A DNA stretch of 64,000 nt from a virus (lineage: Duplodnaviria > Caudoviricetes): the IMG/VR virus record IMGVR_UViG_3300028392_002123; one strand, written 5' to 3'. This document shows, piece after piece, positions 1 to 8,653 of the stretch. The notes under the pieces are model-generated. The model was given only the letters and a program-made list of their open reading frames with translations. It searched no databases and was not told where the DNA came from. Position numbers and translations under genes: made by a program. Position 1 is the stretch's first letter. Every line of letters starts with the position of its first letter.

Positions 1-1
1 A

Positions 2-304
2 ACACATCTTATAAGACTAGGGCCCGGTGGCTATTTTCCTATACACCGCGATAACAAAACATTGTCTATAAGTAATTTTCGTTTGTTTGTACCCATTGAA
101 AATTGTAACTATCCTAAGATGACTTTTGTTTTAAATAGAGAGATGTTAAATTTTAACCATGGGTCTATGTATTTTATGGATACTTGTTTGGAGCACTATT
201 TGTTCAATCACGATGCATATGATGATTCTACATTTATGGTAGTCAATGTAAACTTAACTGAAAGTGCAGTTACATCAGTTCTGCAACATTTGAAAGCGGG
301 ATGA
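2..304 (+). CDS. 5'-truncated cupin/2OG-Fe(II)-like oxygenase (Asp/Asn beta-hydroxylase-like)
   Basis: Frame of the listed 62..304 ORF is open back to base 2 and reads THLIRLGPGGYFPIHRD (HxD after a PGG turn); the start lies outside the window. Confidence 0.5.
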   Translation, partial: THLIRLGPGGYFPIHRDNKTLSISNFRLFVPIENCNYPKMTFVLNREMLNFNHGSMYFMDTCLEHYLFNHDAYDDSTFMVVNVNLTESAVTSVLQHLKAG

Positions 305-305
305 T

Positions 306-857
306 ATGAAAATTTTAATTGCAGGAAATCCTAGCTACGGCGTAGCACAATCGATTAAAGAAGAACTAAGTATGCACGAACTTGTATTTGCAAGTCGTAG
401 TTCAGGTTTTGATTTAACAAAAGCAGAAGTTCAGCAACAATTTGCAGATTTATGTGCGGATGCAGACACAGTTATATTATGTAGTGCTTTATGGAAATTT
501 AATCAAACTCTATTGTTAGAAGCAGTTTATAAAAAATTAAAAGCATTGAATAAACGAACATTGATTATAGCAATTGGTAGCACCACAGACAGAGTAATGA
601 AAGCCACTGATTGGTTGTACAATGCCGAAAAGAAAGCATTGCGAGATTATTGTAATAGTTTAGGTATTGCAGGCGTTTGGTCAGCAGGGCCTAGAGTTAC
701 TTTAATCAGTTTTGGCACATTGAGTAATATGCAGGCCAAACATCCTGACAGAAAAACAATGCCAATAAAAAAGGCCGCCGAGTATATTAAATGGATACTC
801 GAACAGCCTTCGGATTTACACATTAACGAAATTAGTGTAGATCCCTTACAAGCCTAA
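306..857 (+). CDS. Short-chain dehydrogenase/reductase (Rossmann fold)
   Basis: N-terminal ILIAGNPSYGVA nucleotide-binding strand, IIAIGS, YxxxK (YNAEK). Confidence 0.7.
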   Translation: MKILIAGNPSYGVAQSIKEELSMHELVFASRSSGFDLTKAEVQQQFADLCADADTVILCSALWKFNQTLLLEAVYKKLKALNKRTLIIAIGSTTDRVMKATDWLYNAEKKALRDYCNSLGIAGVWSAGPRVTLISFGTLSNMQAKHPDRKTMPIKKAAEYIKWILEQPSDLHINEISVDPLQA

Positions 858-1730
858 TTTGTCTTTAAATTCTCGTAACTCTCTAGCGCCCAAGCCTGCA
901 TCTAAGCCCAGGGCTTTTTCGTCATTGCCGTATTTTTCAACCAGTGCCTGCCATTTAGACTGACTAATCAAACTCTTAACTAGTTGGTATTCCCCTGCAC
1001 TTAGTTTAACTGAATTAACAGCATAGTCTTCAAATGCTTGACATGCCTCTGGGAACAATGGTTTAACTAGGTTATACATGGCACCAGCAAATTCCCGGAT
1101 CTCCCACTGTGCATGTGGATCCATACGCAAGCGAGCCATGTGTAAAAAATTCTTCAAGTTAGCTTTCCAATACAATTCTGTATATCCGCCTACTGGAAGC
1201 ACACTTCTAGCCAACTCACGAGCAAGACCACTATCGTCTTTGCCTAGTAAACTTGTATACTCTTTATAAGCATTAAAGAAACTACGTTGGAAGGCATGTT
1301 GTACTCCACGTTTTTCTTCAAAGCCCCATTCGCTGTCTTCACGGCCTTGTTTATTAGTTGTACTTTGCTTTTGGATTTGTTCTAATTCAGGAATGTAAAA
1401 CTCATCTGTGAGCACACTATATCGAGCACTATATTCGTTCATGCTGGCTGTACGATGACGTACAAGTTGTCGCATAACGAAGATAGGAAGTTTAATATGG
1501 AACTTTACTTCGCACATTTCAAATGGTGTAGTATGTTCGTGACGCATTAGATAACGAATTAAGTTTCTATCGTCTTGAACTTGTTTTGTACCGGCACCAT
1601 AGCTGACACGAGCGGCCTGCACTATTGCGCTGTCACTGCCCATGTGATCAACTAGACCAACGAATCCGTGATCTAGTACTGGAAGATATTTTTTATCTTC
1701 CTCAAAATTAATTTCTGATTTAACTGTCAT
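846..1730 (-). CDS. thyX: FAD-dependent thymidylate synthase
   Basis: ThyX signature RHRTASMNEYSARY, AARVSY, HTTPFE, ELARSVLP, LRMDPHAQWEIR. Confidence 0.97.
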   Translation of the reverse strand: MTVKSEINFEEDKKYLPVLDHGFVGLVDHMGSDSAIVQAARVSYGAGTKQVQDDRNLIRYLMRHEHTTPFEMCEVKFHIKLPIFVMRQLVRHRTASMNEYSARYSVLTDEFYIPELEQIQKQSTTNKQGREDSEWGFEEKRGVQHAFQRSFFNAYKEYTSLLGKDDSGLARELARSVLPVGGYTELYWKANLKNFLHMARLRMDPHAQWEIREFAGAMYNLVKPLFPEACQAFEDYAVNSVKLSAGEYQLVKSLISQSKWQALVEKYGNDEKALGLDAGLGARELREFKDKLGL

Positions 1731-2032
1731 TCTTCTTTGTCGAAATGTTGTTGAAACAATCTACGAGTGTATTTTGTCACATTTGTTTTTAATTTAACGC
1801 TGTCGAGAAAAACCTCAACGTCTAAGACTTCTTCTCTCATATGTTCTAGTCCCTGGCTTTTTAAAACGTCTTTGGCGTCTTTCATTCCTTTAAGATCTTC
1901 TTGAGTAAACTCAAGTACATTCCCATCCTTCATTTTTAAGTGAAGGTGGGTTATGTATTCTGTGGGGACTTCTTCCATGATAATATCTTTGAGAATATCA
2001 TCGAAAGAACGGTCTTTTTTTCTAATGGCCAT
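1727..2032 (-). CDS. Hypothetical phage protein
   Basis: 101 aa ORF with 4-nt overlap with thyX start. Confidence 0.7.
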   Translation of the reverse strand: MAIRKKDRSFDDILKDIIMEEVPTEYITHLHLKMKDGNVLEFTQEDLKGMKDAKDVLKSQGLEHMREEVLDVEVFLDSVKLKTNVTKYTRRLFQQHFDKEE

Positions 2033-2060
2033 TCCTCATCCTTTGATGTATTATTGTTAT

Positions 2061-2645
2061 TTACTTTTTTTTAGGACGGCCTCTACCACGCTTACCGGAA
2101 TCAGCTGTAATAGTTGTAACACTATCTGCTGGTACGGTTGTTGTAGTTTGTGGGTCCAAAGCTTTTGCTTCCTCGATCAAACGCTTAGATTCTTTTAAAT
2201 AGAACGCGGCCTGTGATCTAAGATTGTTAGCAATATCTTTGTCACTTAAAACTCCGGCAGTTTTTTCTTGTTGTTTTTGATCTGCTTGCTCTTTAATATC
2301 ATTAAGTTGTTTATTAAGTTCTCTAAGATTAATAGCAATTCCAGGAGCAGGCATCATTTCGATTTGATCTACTTGTTTCTTTTTCAACCAACCAAATTGA
2401 TGCATGGCTTGTAACATATTGTTACCATCGTGGAACACTTCTCTTTGAGCGAAAGAGTAGAAGTCCATTTCGCTTTGGGCTGTTGGACTTTCTACTGATT
2501 CGATCAACTTATCATGATAATTAGCAGGCAATGCCTCAGTTTCAACAATCAGACAGCTACCTTCGTCACCGGGCAAAGTACGAAACACAACAATACATTT
2601 TTTGTTTGTGTCAATGGTTTGTCCAACGTGTTTAATAAACGGCAT
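2061..2645 (-). CDS. Hypothetical protein with C-terminal AT-hook
   Basis: Ends KRGRGRPKKK; AGGGG RBS before ATG. Confidence 0.75.
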   Translation of the reverse strand: MPFIKHVGQTIDTNKKCIVVFRTLPGDEGSCLIVETEALPANYHDKLIESVESPTAQSEMDFYSFAQREVFHDGNNMLQAMHQFGWLKKKQVDQIEMMPAPGIAINLRELNKQLNDIKEQADQKQQEKTAGVLSDKDIANNLRSQAAFYLKESKRLIEEAKALDPQTTTTVPADSVTTITADSGKRGRGRPKKK

Positions 2646-2659
2646 AATTGCCCCTTTCC

Positions 2660-2938
2660 TTATTCAGCTACTAGTGCAGTACCGTCAGCTGGTGGAACAT
2701 CTGTTGGTGCTTCAGCTATTACTTCTACTGGTGCAGTACCGTCAGCTGGTTGTTCAGCTTGGGCTTGTGCTTCAGCGGCCGCGGCTGCTTCGTCTTGTTG
2801 TTTCTTAGCATCAGCTAAAAAGGCATTCAACTTTGATGCCGCGTCGCCAACGACACCGACTTCTAAAATGCTAAAAGTACCGCGTTTAACTGCTAATTCG
2901 ATTGCGGCTAATAGAATTGAAAGATCTTGTAAGTTCAT
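2660..2938 (-). CDS. Hypothetical acidic/Ala-rich protein
   Basis: ATG at 2938 preceded by GAAGGAG; internal PADGTA duplication. Confidence 0.7.
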   Translation of the reverse strand: MNLQDLSILLAAIELAVKRGTFSILEVGVVGDAASKLNAFLADAKKQQDEAAAAAEAQAQAEQPADGTAPVEVIAEAPTDVPPADGTALVAE

Positions 2939-2974
2939 ATTTTCTCCTTCGTACATGTCTTTATGTACGTATTC

Positions 2975-2982
2975 TATTTATA
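2975..2982 (-). promoter_or_regulatory. T4-like late promoter core TATAAATA
   Basis: Exact TATAAATA on minus strand about 37 nt upstream of ATG 2938. Confidence 0.5.
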
Positions 2983-3007
2983 GAGTGGTGTCTTATATTT
3001 GACCTAC

Positions 3008-3033
3008 AAAAAAAGGGCAGTTACCTGCCCTTT
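3008..3033 (-). terminator. Rho-independent terminator
   Basis: Minus strand AAAGGGCAG-GTAA-CTGCCC-TTTTTTT just after the vWA gene stop. Confidence 0.85.
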
Positions 3034-3050
3034 ATAAAACTTTTTTTAGA

Positions 3051-4247
3051 TTAAACAGTTTCCGGAGTAAATGTGTAATGTGCAGTGACACCAAATGGAG
3101 CTTCAATGGTTTCGTTACCATGTACAACAAATAATGTATCACAATAATTTTCATCACCCCAGCTACCAAAAGGATATCCGTCTGTAAACATGATAAACTG
3201 TTTAGGATTAATATCGTTGTCTTTCATGTATTGGAAACAAGCATCAAAATCTGTACCACCGCCACCCATTGGATCGTAGTCATAGATTTCATCAAAGCCG
3301 TCTTCGGTATATGTAACTGGATTATAGATTTCTGTGTCGAAACTAAACACATGAATGGTATAACTAGTATACATATCCATCATACCTTTAACTTCACTCA
3401 AGAAGTCACGCACCATGTCTTCGGAAATAGATCCTGAAGCATCAATAGCAATAACAACATCTAAGTGTTCTGCTGGCAACATACCTGGCAGTACTGCACC
3501 GGTATGCCATGCTTTACGACTGGGACGCATAAAGCTATAATTATTCTTCAAATTACTTTCTAATTGAATACGCAACAGATCTTGCCAGCGCATTTTTGGA
3601 GCAGTAAATTGTTGAATTAAACGACGAATGCCTGTGGGTACATTTCCTGCACCTGCGGCCTGAGCACTTTGTAATACCGCTTCTTTAAGCTCGTCTTTAA
3701 TTTTCTTTTGCGTCTCGGCATCAATCTTAATACCGCTGGATTTGGATTTGCCGTCACTGCCTTTGCCATCGTCCTTGCCTTCTTCTCCTGATCCGTCCAT
3801 GTGCATGTCCAAAGTCATTTGAATTTTGACAGCATTCTTCATCAGCTCGTCATAAATTTCTTCTGTGGTTTTTTCGCGATATTTTGGATCCCACAGGATT
3901 GGCACTTTGGTAATTTTCTTACCTACGTTATTTTGAATCAACATGTCGTTGATAACATAGTCACCGGCCATGTTCCAAACTTGGGGTTCGCGATCATTGC
4001 GGCGACCCATATGATTATAAATGCAATGACCAACTTCGTGACCAAACAAGAAAACCAATTCGTCGTCGTCAAGACTTTCAATGAACTTGTCGCAATAATA
4101 AAAATGGCGACCATCTGTTGCGGCAGTACTGCACCAATCGCTGGCTTCGACTAGTTTCAAGCGAGTTGCAAGGTTGCCCCAAAATGGATGCTTGAGCAAC
4201 ATTTTAACACGAGCTTTAGTTAAGCGATCTTTTGTTGTAAATTTCAT
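3051..4247 (-). CDS. vWA-domain protein with N-terminal HExxH metallopeptidase-like domain (DUF2201-type)
   Basis: TAATDG...FGHEVGH; MIDAS DASGS; GGGGTDF; IMFTDG. Confidence 0.88.
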   Translation of the reverse strand: MKFTTKDRLTKARVKMLLKHPFWGNLATRLKLVEASDWCSTAATDGRHFYYCDKFIESLDDDELVFLFGHEVGHCIYNHMGRRNDREPQVWNMAGDYVINDMLIQNNVGKKITKVPILWDPKYREKTTEEIYDELMKNAVKIQMTLDMHMDGSGEEGKDDGKGSDGKSKSSGIKIDAETQKKIKDELKEAVLQSAQAAGAGNVPTGIRRLIQQFTAPKMRWQDLLRIQLESNLKNNYSFMRPSRKAWHTGAVLPGMLPAEHLDVVIAIDASGSISEDMVRDFLSEVKGMMDMYTSYTIHVFSFDTEIYNPVTYTEDGFDEIYDYDPMGGGGTDFDACFQYMKDNDINPKQFIMFTDGYPFGSWGDENYCDTLFVVHGNETIEAPFGVTAHYTFTPETV

Positions 4248-4270
4248 CTTCTACTCCAGTTAATATAGTA

Positions 4271-4299
4271 ATTATACTATAAGTGGGAATTATTGTCAA
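4271..4299 (-). promoter_or_regulatory. Sigma70-type promoter TTGACA-N17-TATAAT
   Basis: Perfect consensus with 17-nt spacer upstream of vWA gene. Confidence 0.85.
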
Positions 4300-4662
4300 T
4301 TAAAGGCCGAATTTCAAACGGCATAAGAACGCACTTTCTGCGTCCTTAAACCAAATAGTTTTTGTGCCCAAAGGGGCATAATAATGCAATGGCTTGATTG
4401 ACATTTGCTTACACCATTTAACTATTTCAGTTCTAACCTTTCCCTGAGTGTAATCGATTTCACTCCAAGTCATTTTGGCATTATCAAAATAGTCAATGAT
4501 AGTATCTCTAGTGATAAGATCATTTCCCAACACACTTCTTACATATTCCATATCACCGTAGACTAACTCCAACATTGTAGACCGGAAAGGGACACCTTTT
4601 CCCGTTTCCAGTCTATCGGATTGTAAGTGGGACATGAGTCCCACATCAATATTACTCACCAA
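4300..4662 (-). CDS. Hypothetical protein
   Basis: 120 aa ORF between MoxR and vWA genes. Confidence 0.6.
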   Translation of the reverse strand: MVSNIDVGLMSHLQSDRLETGKGVPFRSTMLELVYGDMEYVRSVLGNDLITRDTIIDYFDNAKMTWSEIDYTQGKVRTEIVKWCKQMSIKPLHYYAPLGTKTIWFKDAESAFLCRLKFGL

Positions 4663-5767
4663 TGTCCACTACCAAGTGAGCATAGCGTTTGAAGAACTCT
4701 GGGAAGTTCTTAAGCTTCTTGTGGTCAAAGGGCAAGTTATAGTTCTTAAGTGCAGTATGAGCACCCATAATAACCATCTCTGCTTCAAAATTATCCATCA
4801 TAAACTGGATAAAGTTTTCGCACATACTATGCCATGTATCCAACTTGCCGGATTTCTTAGCAGTCTCGTAGCCGTCTTTGAGCTCGTAGCACATACCAGT
4901 TGTCAACGAATACATCGCGGACACTTCTTTGGTCTTCAACTCTTTAACTTTGCCTGCCAACACGTCTGTGGGACTTGGCAAGTCTGCGGCAATCTTACGA
5001 TGTGCCATAAACTTAATTGCAAGACCTTCGCCAACGCAACCTGCTACCATGTCTGTCTGCTCGTTGTCTGTCATCTCATTGTCAATGAGATCTGACACAA
5101 AGCTCCAGCTACGTGGAGTAGCAAAACTGCGGTCATGTACAGTAGGATCAAAGTTGTACAGGTCTGCCTTTTGGTAGTTCAAATAACCAACCACGTCTTG
5201 GTGGATACGATTCTGCAGAGCCCACTGATTCCAGTCGGTAAAGTCTACACGAAGTTCAAAGTGAACAAATCGGTTAGCCAATGGAGTAGGCATACGATAA
5301 GTAACACCTTTGTCTGTCATACGGTTACCAGCCGCCATAATAACAACATTATCTGGCAACTCATAAGTACCTACACGACGATTCAAAATAAGCTGATAGG
5401 CCGCGGCCTGTACAGCAGGTGCCGCACCAGCAAGTTCGTCCAAGAACAGGACAACTACAGGATGCTTGTCGGCAAATTCTTTGTTAGGCAATTCGCTGGG
5501 TGGTGCCCACGACATTGTATTTTCTTGAGAATTGTAATAAGGAATACCTTTAATGTCTGTGGGTTCCCACAGATTCAAACGCACATCAATAAGTGCTCCG
5601 CCCATTTCTTCTGCCAACTGAGCGGCAAGGTCGGACTTACCTACGCCTGGAGGTCCCCAAAGGAACACCGGACGCTTGGCTTTCATAGCGCGGCGTACAA
5701 GACGCTTTGCTTCACTAATTTTTACGGTGCGACCTTCGCCAATGCCACTTTTGTCTGCTTTTGCCAT
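4652..5767 (-). CDS. MoxR-like AAA+ ATPase
   Basis: Walker A GPPGVGKS, Walker B LFLDE, AAGN, LANRF, ATPRSW. Confidence 0.92.
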   Translation of the reverse strand: MAKADKSGIGEGRTVKISEAKRLVRRAMKAKRPVFLWGPPGVGKSDLAAQLAEEMGGALIDVRLNLWEPTDIKGIPYYNSQENTMSWAPPSELPNKEFADKHPVVVLFLDELAGAAPAVQAAAYQLILNRRVGTYELPDNVVIMAAGNRMTDKGVTYRMPTPLANRFVHFELRVDFTDWNQWALQNRIHQDVVGYLNYQKADLYNFDPTVHDRSFATPRSWSFVSDLIDNEMTDNEQTDMVAGCVGEGLAIKFMAHRKIAADLPSPTDVLAGKVKELKTKEVSAMYSLTTGMCYELKDGYETAKKSGKLDTWHSMCENFIQFMMDNFEAEMVIMGAHTALKNYNLPFDHKKLKNFPEFFKRYAHLVVDIGE

Positions 5768-5803
5768 ATTGCTTTACTCCTTAAAATGTTTTGCAATGAA
5801 TGT

Positions 5804-5832
5804 ATTATACAATAGACTGGAATTTCTGTCTA
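5804..5832 (-). promoter_or_regulatory. Sigma70-type promoter TAGACA-N17-TATAAT
   Basis: Upstream of MoxR ATG; flanks resemble the 6030 and 6345 promoter repeats. Confidence 0.7.
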
Positions 5833-5843
5833 TTAACGATTAA

Positions 5844-6002
5844 TTAAATTTGTGCATCCAAGTACACACGATATGCCTGCATGGTCTTTTCTCCGTAGAC
5901 CATTTTGCCATATTTTTGAATGTCTTGCAAGAGATCGGTAAATTTCAGTCCCAAGAATTGGCATTCTTTTTGTAGAAGTTTAACAGCGGTTGCGAGTTGC
6001 AT
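5844..6002 (-). CDS. Small early hypothetical protein
   Basis: ATG at 6002 just downstream of the 6030-6058 promoter (53 codons). Confidence 0.65.
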   Translation of the reverse strand: MQLATAVKLLQKECQFLGLKFTDLLQDIQKYGKMVYGEKTMQAYRVYLDAQI

Positions 6003-6026
6003 TGTTGCTTTCTTTGTTGCTAAAAT

Positions 6027-6064
6027 TGTATTATACAACCAAAATGAATTTCGGTCAATTATTG
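6027..6064 (-). repeat. Repeated promoter unit copy 1 (TTGACC-N17-TATAAT)
   Basis: Plus strand tattatacaaccaaaatgaatttcggtcaattattg, near-identical to 6342-6379. Confidence 0.85.
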
Positions 6065-6068
6065 ATAA

Positions 6069-6317
6069 TTAATCAATTACCACAACACGATAAACGTCTG
6101 TACGCAACTCGCCGGTTTCTTCGTCGAATTGGTCTTCGTAGTCATCAACCAGTTTATCCATTTGATGATAATCACTACGCTCTATAACACCTTCGGAGAC
6201 GTTACTGACTTTTGGAGCCACTATGGTGCGCCAGTGATCGCCGTAGTTGTAAGCAAAGTGAACATCTGCTTCCTGATCCATGTACTTTAACTGCTCAATG
6301 AGATCTTTAACTTTCAT
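6069..6317 (-). CDS. Small early hypothetical protein
   Basis: MKVKDLIEQL start with AAAGGA RBS downstream of the 6345-6373 promoter. Confidence 0.7.
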   Translation of the reverse strand: MKVKDLIEQLKYMDQEADVHFAYNYGDHWRTIVAPKVSNVSEGVIERSDYHQMDKLVDDYEDQFDEETGELRTDVYRVVVID

Positions 6318-6341
6318 TGCTGGTCCTTTTGTTGCAATACA

Positions 6342-6379
6342 AGTATTATACAACCAAACCGAATTTCGGTCAATTATTG
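6342..6379 (-). repeat. Repeated promoter unit copy 2 (TTGACC-N17-TATAAT)
   Basis: Plus strand tattatacaaccaaaccgaatttcggtcaattattg. Confidence 0.85.
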
Positions 6380-6661
6380 GGTAATTTTACTACGAGTTTT
6401 TTGCACTTTTTTAGCAGGGCTTCGTTTGGGTTTTTCTACTACTTTAGTAGTAGTTTTAGTAAACTCTTTGGCCACATAGTGGGCAATAAGTTCGCGCTGA
6501 ATCATTGTAATCAAATCGCCATGATCATCATTTACAACAAATCTAACCGGGCATCTACCCCATGCACCCGTTTCGTTAAAATCTGCAAACCAACGTCTAT
6601 GATCCTTATTTTTTGCATCGAAGACCACATAAGGTCTTCCATGTAATTGAAGTCTACTCAC
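6374..6661 (-). CDS. Hypothetical protein with basic tail
   Basis: GTG start with AGGAGA RBS; downstream of the 6698-6726 promoter. Confidence 0.7.
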   Translation of the reverse strand: MSRLQLHGRPYVVFDAKNKDHRRWFADFNETGAWGRCPVRFVVNDDHGDLITMIQRELIAHYVAKEFTKTTTKVVEKPKRSPAKKVQKTRSKITQ

Positions 6662-6697
6662 TGTACATCTCCTAATAGATTGCTAACTAGTCCAAGT

Positions 6698-6726
6698 AGT
6701 ATACTGCAAAATTTATTTAATGTCAA
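6698..6726 (-). promoter_or_regulatory. Sigma70-type promoter TTGACA-N17-TATACT
   Basis: Exact -35 and 17-nt spacer. Confidence 0.8.
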
Positions 6727-6743
6727 TTAAATTGAATTAAATG

Positions 6744-6765
6744 AAAAAGCCGCTTTATGCGGCTT
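6744..6765 (-). terminator. Rho-independent terminator
   Basis: Minus strand AAGCCGC-ATAAA-GCGGC-TTTTT. Confidence 0.75.
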
Positions 6766-7045
6766 CTTCGTTCTTTTTCCGATATTTGGCCATGGCCAAT
6801 TCTCTAGCTAAGAACAATCTAAATTTAACATAGTCGCTGAGTTCTTCATCGGGATCAGCTTGTACTTTATGTACTTGCCTGCGAGTTTCGACCAAAATGT
6901 CTTCATCATCAAAGTCGATATCACTGGGCTGAGTTCCTTGTTTTATCAGCGATAATCTTAATGGATTACTTCTTAGGAGCTTCGGCTTTTTTATCGCCAG
7001 CTTGGGCCGGTGCGCTTGCAGGCGCGGCACTTTTGCTGGCATCAA
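6755..7045 (-). CDS. Hypothetical protein (start uncertain)
   Basis: Protein-like C-terminal part (DFDDEDIL...ELSDYVKFRLFLARELA); 5' part overlaps the upstream gene. Confidence 0.45.
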   Translation of the reverse strand: MMPAKVPRLQAHRPKLAIKKPKLLRSNPLRLSLIKQGTQPSDIDFDDEDILVETRRQVHKVQADPDEELSDYVKFRLFLARELAMAKYRKKNEEAA

Positions 7046-7220
7046 CTTCTTTCTTCTTCTCTGCCTTAGTCTTTGGCTTTTCTACCTTAGGCATTTCCTT
7101 AGGTGTTGCAGGTGCGGAAGCAACTGCGGCAGGTTTTGCAACAGCTTCAGTTTTAGCTGGCTCAGCGGCAAAAGCGGTTACTGCGAAAAGACTTACGATT
7201 AGTGTGGATAGTAGTTTCAT
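6966..7220 (-). CDS. Secreted Ala/Lys/Pro-rich low-complexity protein
   Basis: Sec signal peptide MKLLSTLIVSLFAVTAFA; AAGGAG RBS. Confidence 0.75.
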   Translation of the reverse strand: MKLLSTLIVSLFAVTAFAAEPAKTEAVAKPAAVASAPATPKEMPKVEKPKTKAEKKKEVDASKSAAPASAPAQAGDKKAEAPKK

Positions 7221-7291
7221 ATGATCTCCTTGTGATTTGAAACGTAAGCAAATAAATTACTTGCTTATATATATAACGCCTTAGTTCAGCG

Positions 7292-7996
7292 TTAAGTTGA
7301 CTGTTCTAGCCAAATATTGTCTACCAATTTTAATTTTTTTACCATTTCTTTGGTAGTTATATGAGTTAACAACGCCCTTCTTTTCAAAGTGGTATTATTC
7401 GGCATTGTGCTGTGCAAGACTCGTGGGTTGTAGATTAGTACATCACCGATGTTCATTTTTGGTTGTATAACATTGGCTAAAAATTCTTCTGTATAAACTC
7501 CCTTGTAGCTGTCTTTAACAATCCAATTTTTTAAATGGCTTCCTGGATACAAACCAGTACCACCATTGTCTTTGTTAAATTCACATAAGGGTACAATACA
7601 TTGTACACCTAATAGGTCAACTTCTTCATGCCATTCATCAAAGCGATAGGGACTATCTATATGTGGTTTTACAAATTGATTACCAGGCTCGTTGGTAATT
7701 ACATCCGATACATACACACAATTATTATCGAACCATGATTGCGTGATGTATAAGAGTTGTTGATTAATGCGATGAACACAGGGCCAATCAACAACTTGTT
7801 GACTCCACCAAATGGCCAATTCTTCTAGACCAGTTAGATCTTTTTTAGGAAAATATTTTGCAGTAAAATCGTGTCCTCGTTGAGGTTCCAATTTATTTTG
7901 AAAAAAGTTTAAGTGAGCTATAGCAAGAGGATCTATTATGTTTTTTACTACACAATATCCTTGTTGCTTGATTGTTTCTAAAATTTGTTGGCCCAT
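7292..7996 (-). CDS. Phytanoyl-CoA dioxygenase (PhyH)-like 2OG-Fe(II) oxygenase
   Basis: QQGYCVVKNII, PHID (HxD), NGGTGLYPGSH, GDVLIYNPRVLHS, RRAL. Confidence 0.88.
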   Translation of the reverse strand: MGQQILETIKQQGYCVVKNIIDPLAIAHLNFFQNKLEPQRGHDFTAKYFPKKDLTGLEELAIWWSQQVVDWPCVHRINQQLLYITQSWFDNNCVYVSDVITNEPGNQFVKPHIDSPYRFDEWHEEVDLLGVQCIVPLCEFNKDNGGTGLYPGSHLKNWIVKDSYKGVYTEEFLANVIQPKMNIGDVLIYNPRVLHSTMPNNTTLKRRALLTHITTKEMVKKLKLVDNIWLEQST

Positions 7997-8313
7997 AAGT
8001 TTATGTCACCTTGATATAGTGTAAACTCGAATGCATCCATTTCGTTGAAAAGAATTAATTGTTTCTTGCTCAAGTAATAAGGCCATATCATTCTGTCATC
8101 TAACATCAATAAAGTTTTGTTAAGAACTTTATACTTTTCAGGAAGTTTTAATGTATAAGTTTTCCAAAGACCTTTTGCAAGATCCAACCCATTACCAGTA
8201 AATCTTGTTCCCTTGGCGTTCTTAAAAATTACAAAAAATTCAAAATCACTGTCATAGTGTGATTTTAAATTACTAAGAATAGTTTCACTTATCGGCTTTT
8301 TTGATAAGCTCAT
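7978..8313 (-). CDS. Hypothetical phage protein
   Basis: 111 aa ORF in a tight minus-strand operon. Confidence 0.65.
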   Translation of the reverse strand: MSLSKKPISETILSNLKSHYDSDFEFFVIFKNAKGTRFTGNGLDLAKGLWKTYTLKLPEKYKVLNKTLLMLDDRMIWPYYLSKKQLILFNEMDAFEFTLYQGDINLWANKF

Positions 8314-8602
8314 CCTCGTTCACCTGTTTACCATGAGATAATTCTATTACAGTAAAATCCTGGCATTTGAATAAATTGTTTAACTTTTCCATTAAATTAA
8401 ACGCATGACCTGGATTCGAGAATGAAACTTTTTTATATTTTGGTCCGGGATAATCTTGTAGACTATTCAGAAAAGTTCGTAGGTTAAAAGGCTTGTTCTT
8501 ATAGAACACGGCATAAATTGCCTCGGCATCAAGTACCTCTTCGCTTTTGTATGTTTTTGGATCTACGTATGTTAATAATATCGTTGGTTTAGGTCTTGCC
8601 AT
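8285..8602 (-). CDS. Hypothetical phage protein (MARPKP family)
   Basis: AGAGGAAGG RBS; ATAAATA at 8624-8630 upstream. Confidence 0.7.
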   Translation of the reverse strand: MARPKPTILLTYVDPKTYKSEEVLDAEAIYAVFYKNKPFNLRTFLNSLQDYPGPKYKKVSFSNPGHAFNLMEKLNNLFKCQDFTVIELSHGKQVNEDELIKKADK

Positions 8603-8653
8603 CAGTTGCCTTCCTCTCTACTTTATTTATCAAGAAAGGCATTAACAGGCTAT

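Noticed and set aside
2674-2750. 20-bp direct repeat gtgcagtaccgtcagctggt
   Set aside because: Simple intragenic duplication encoding PADGTA in a low-complexity tail
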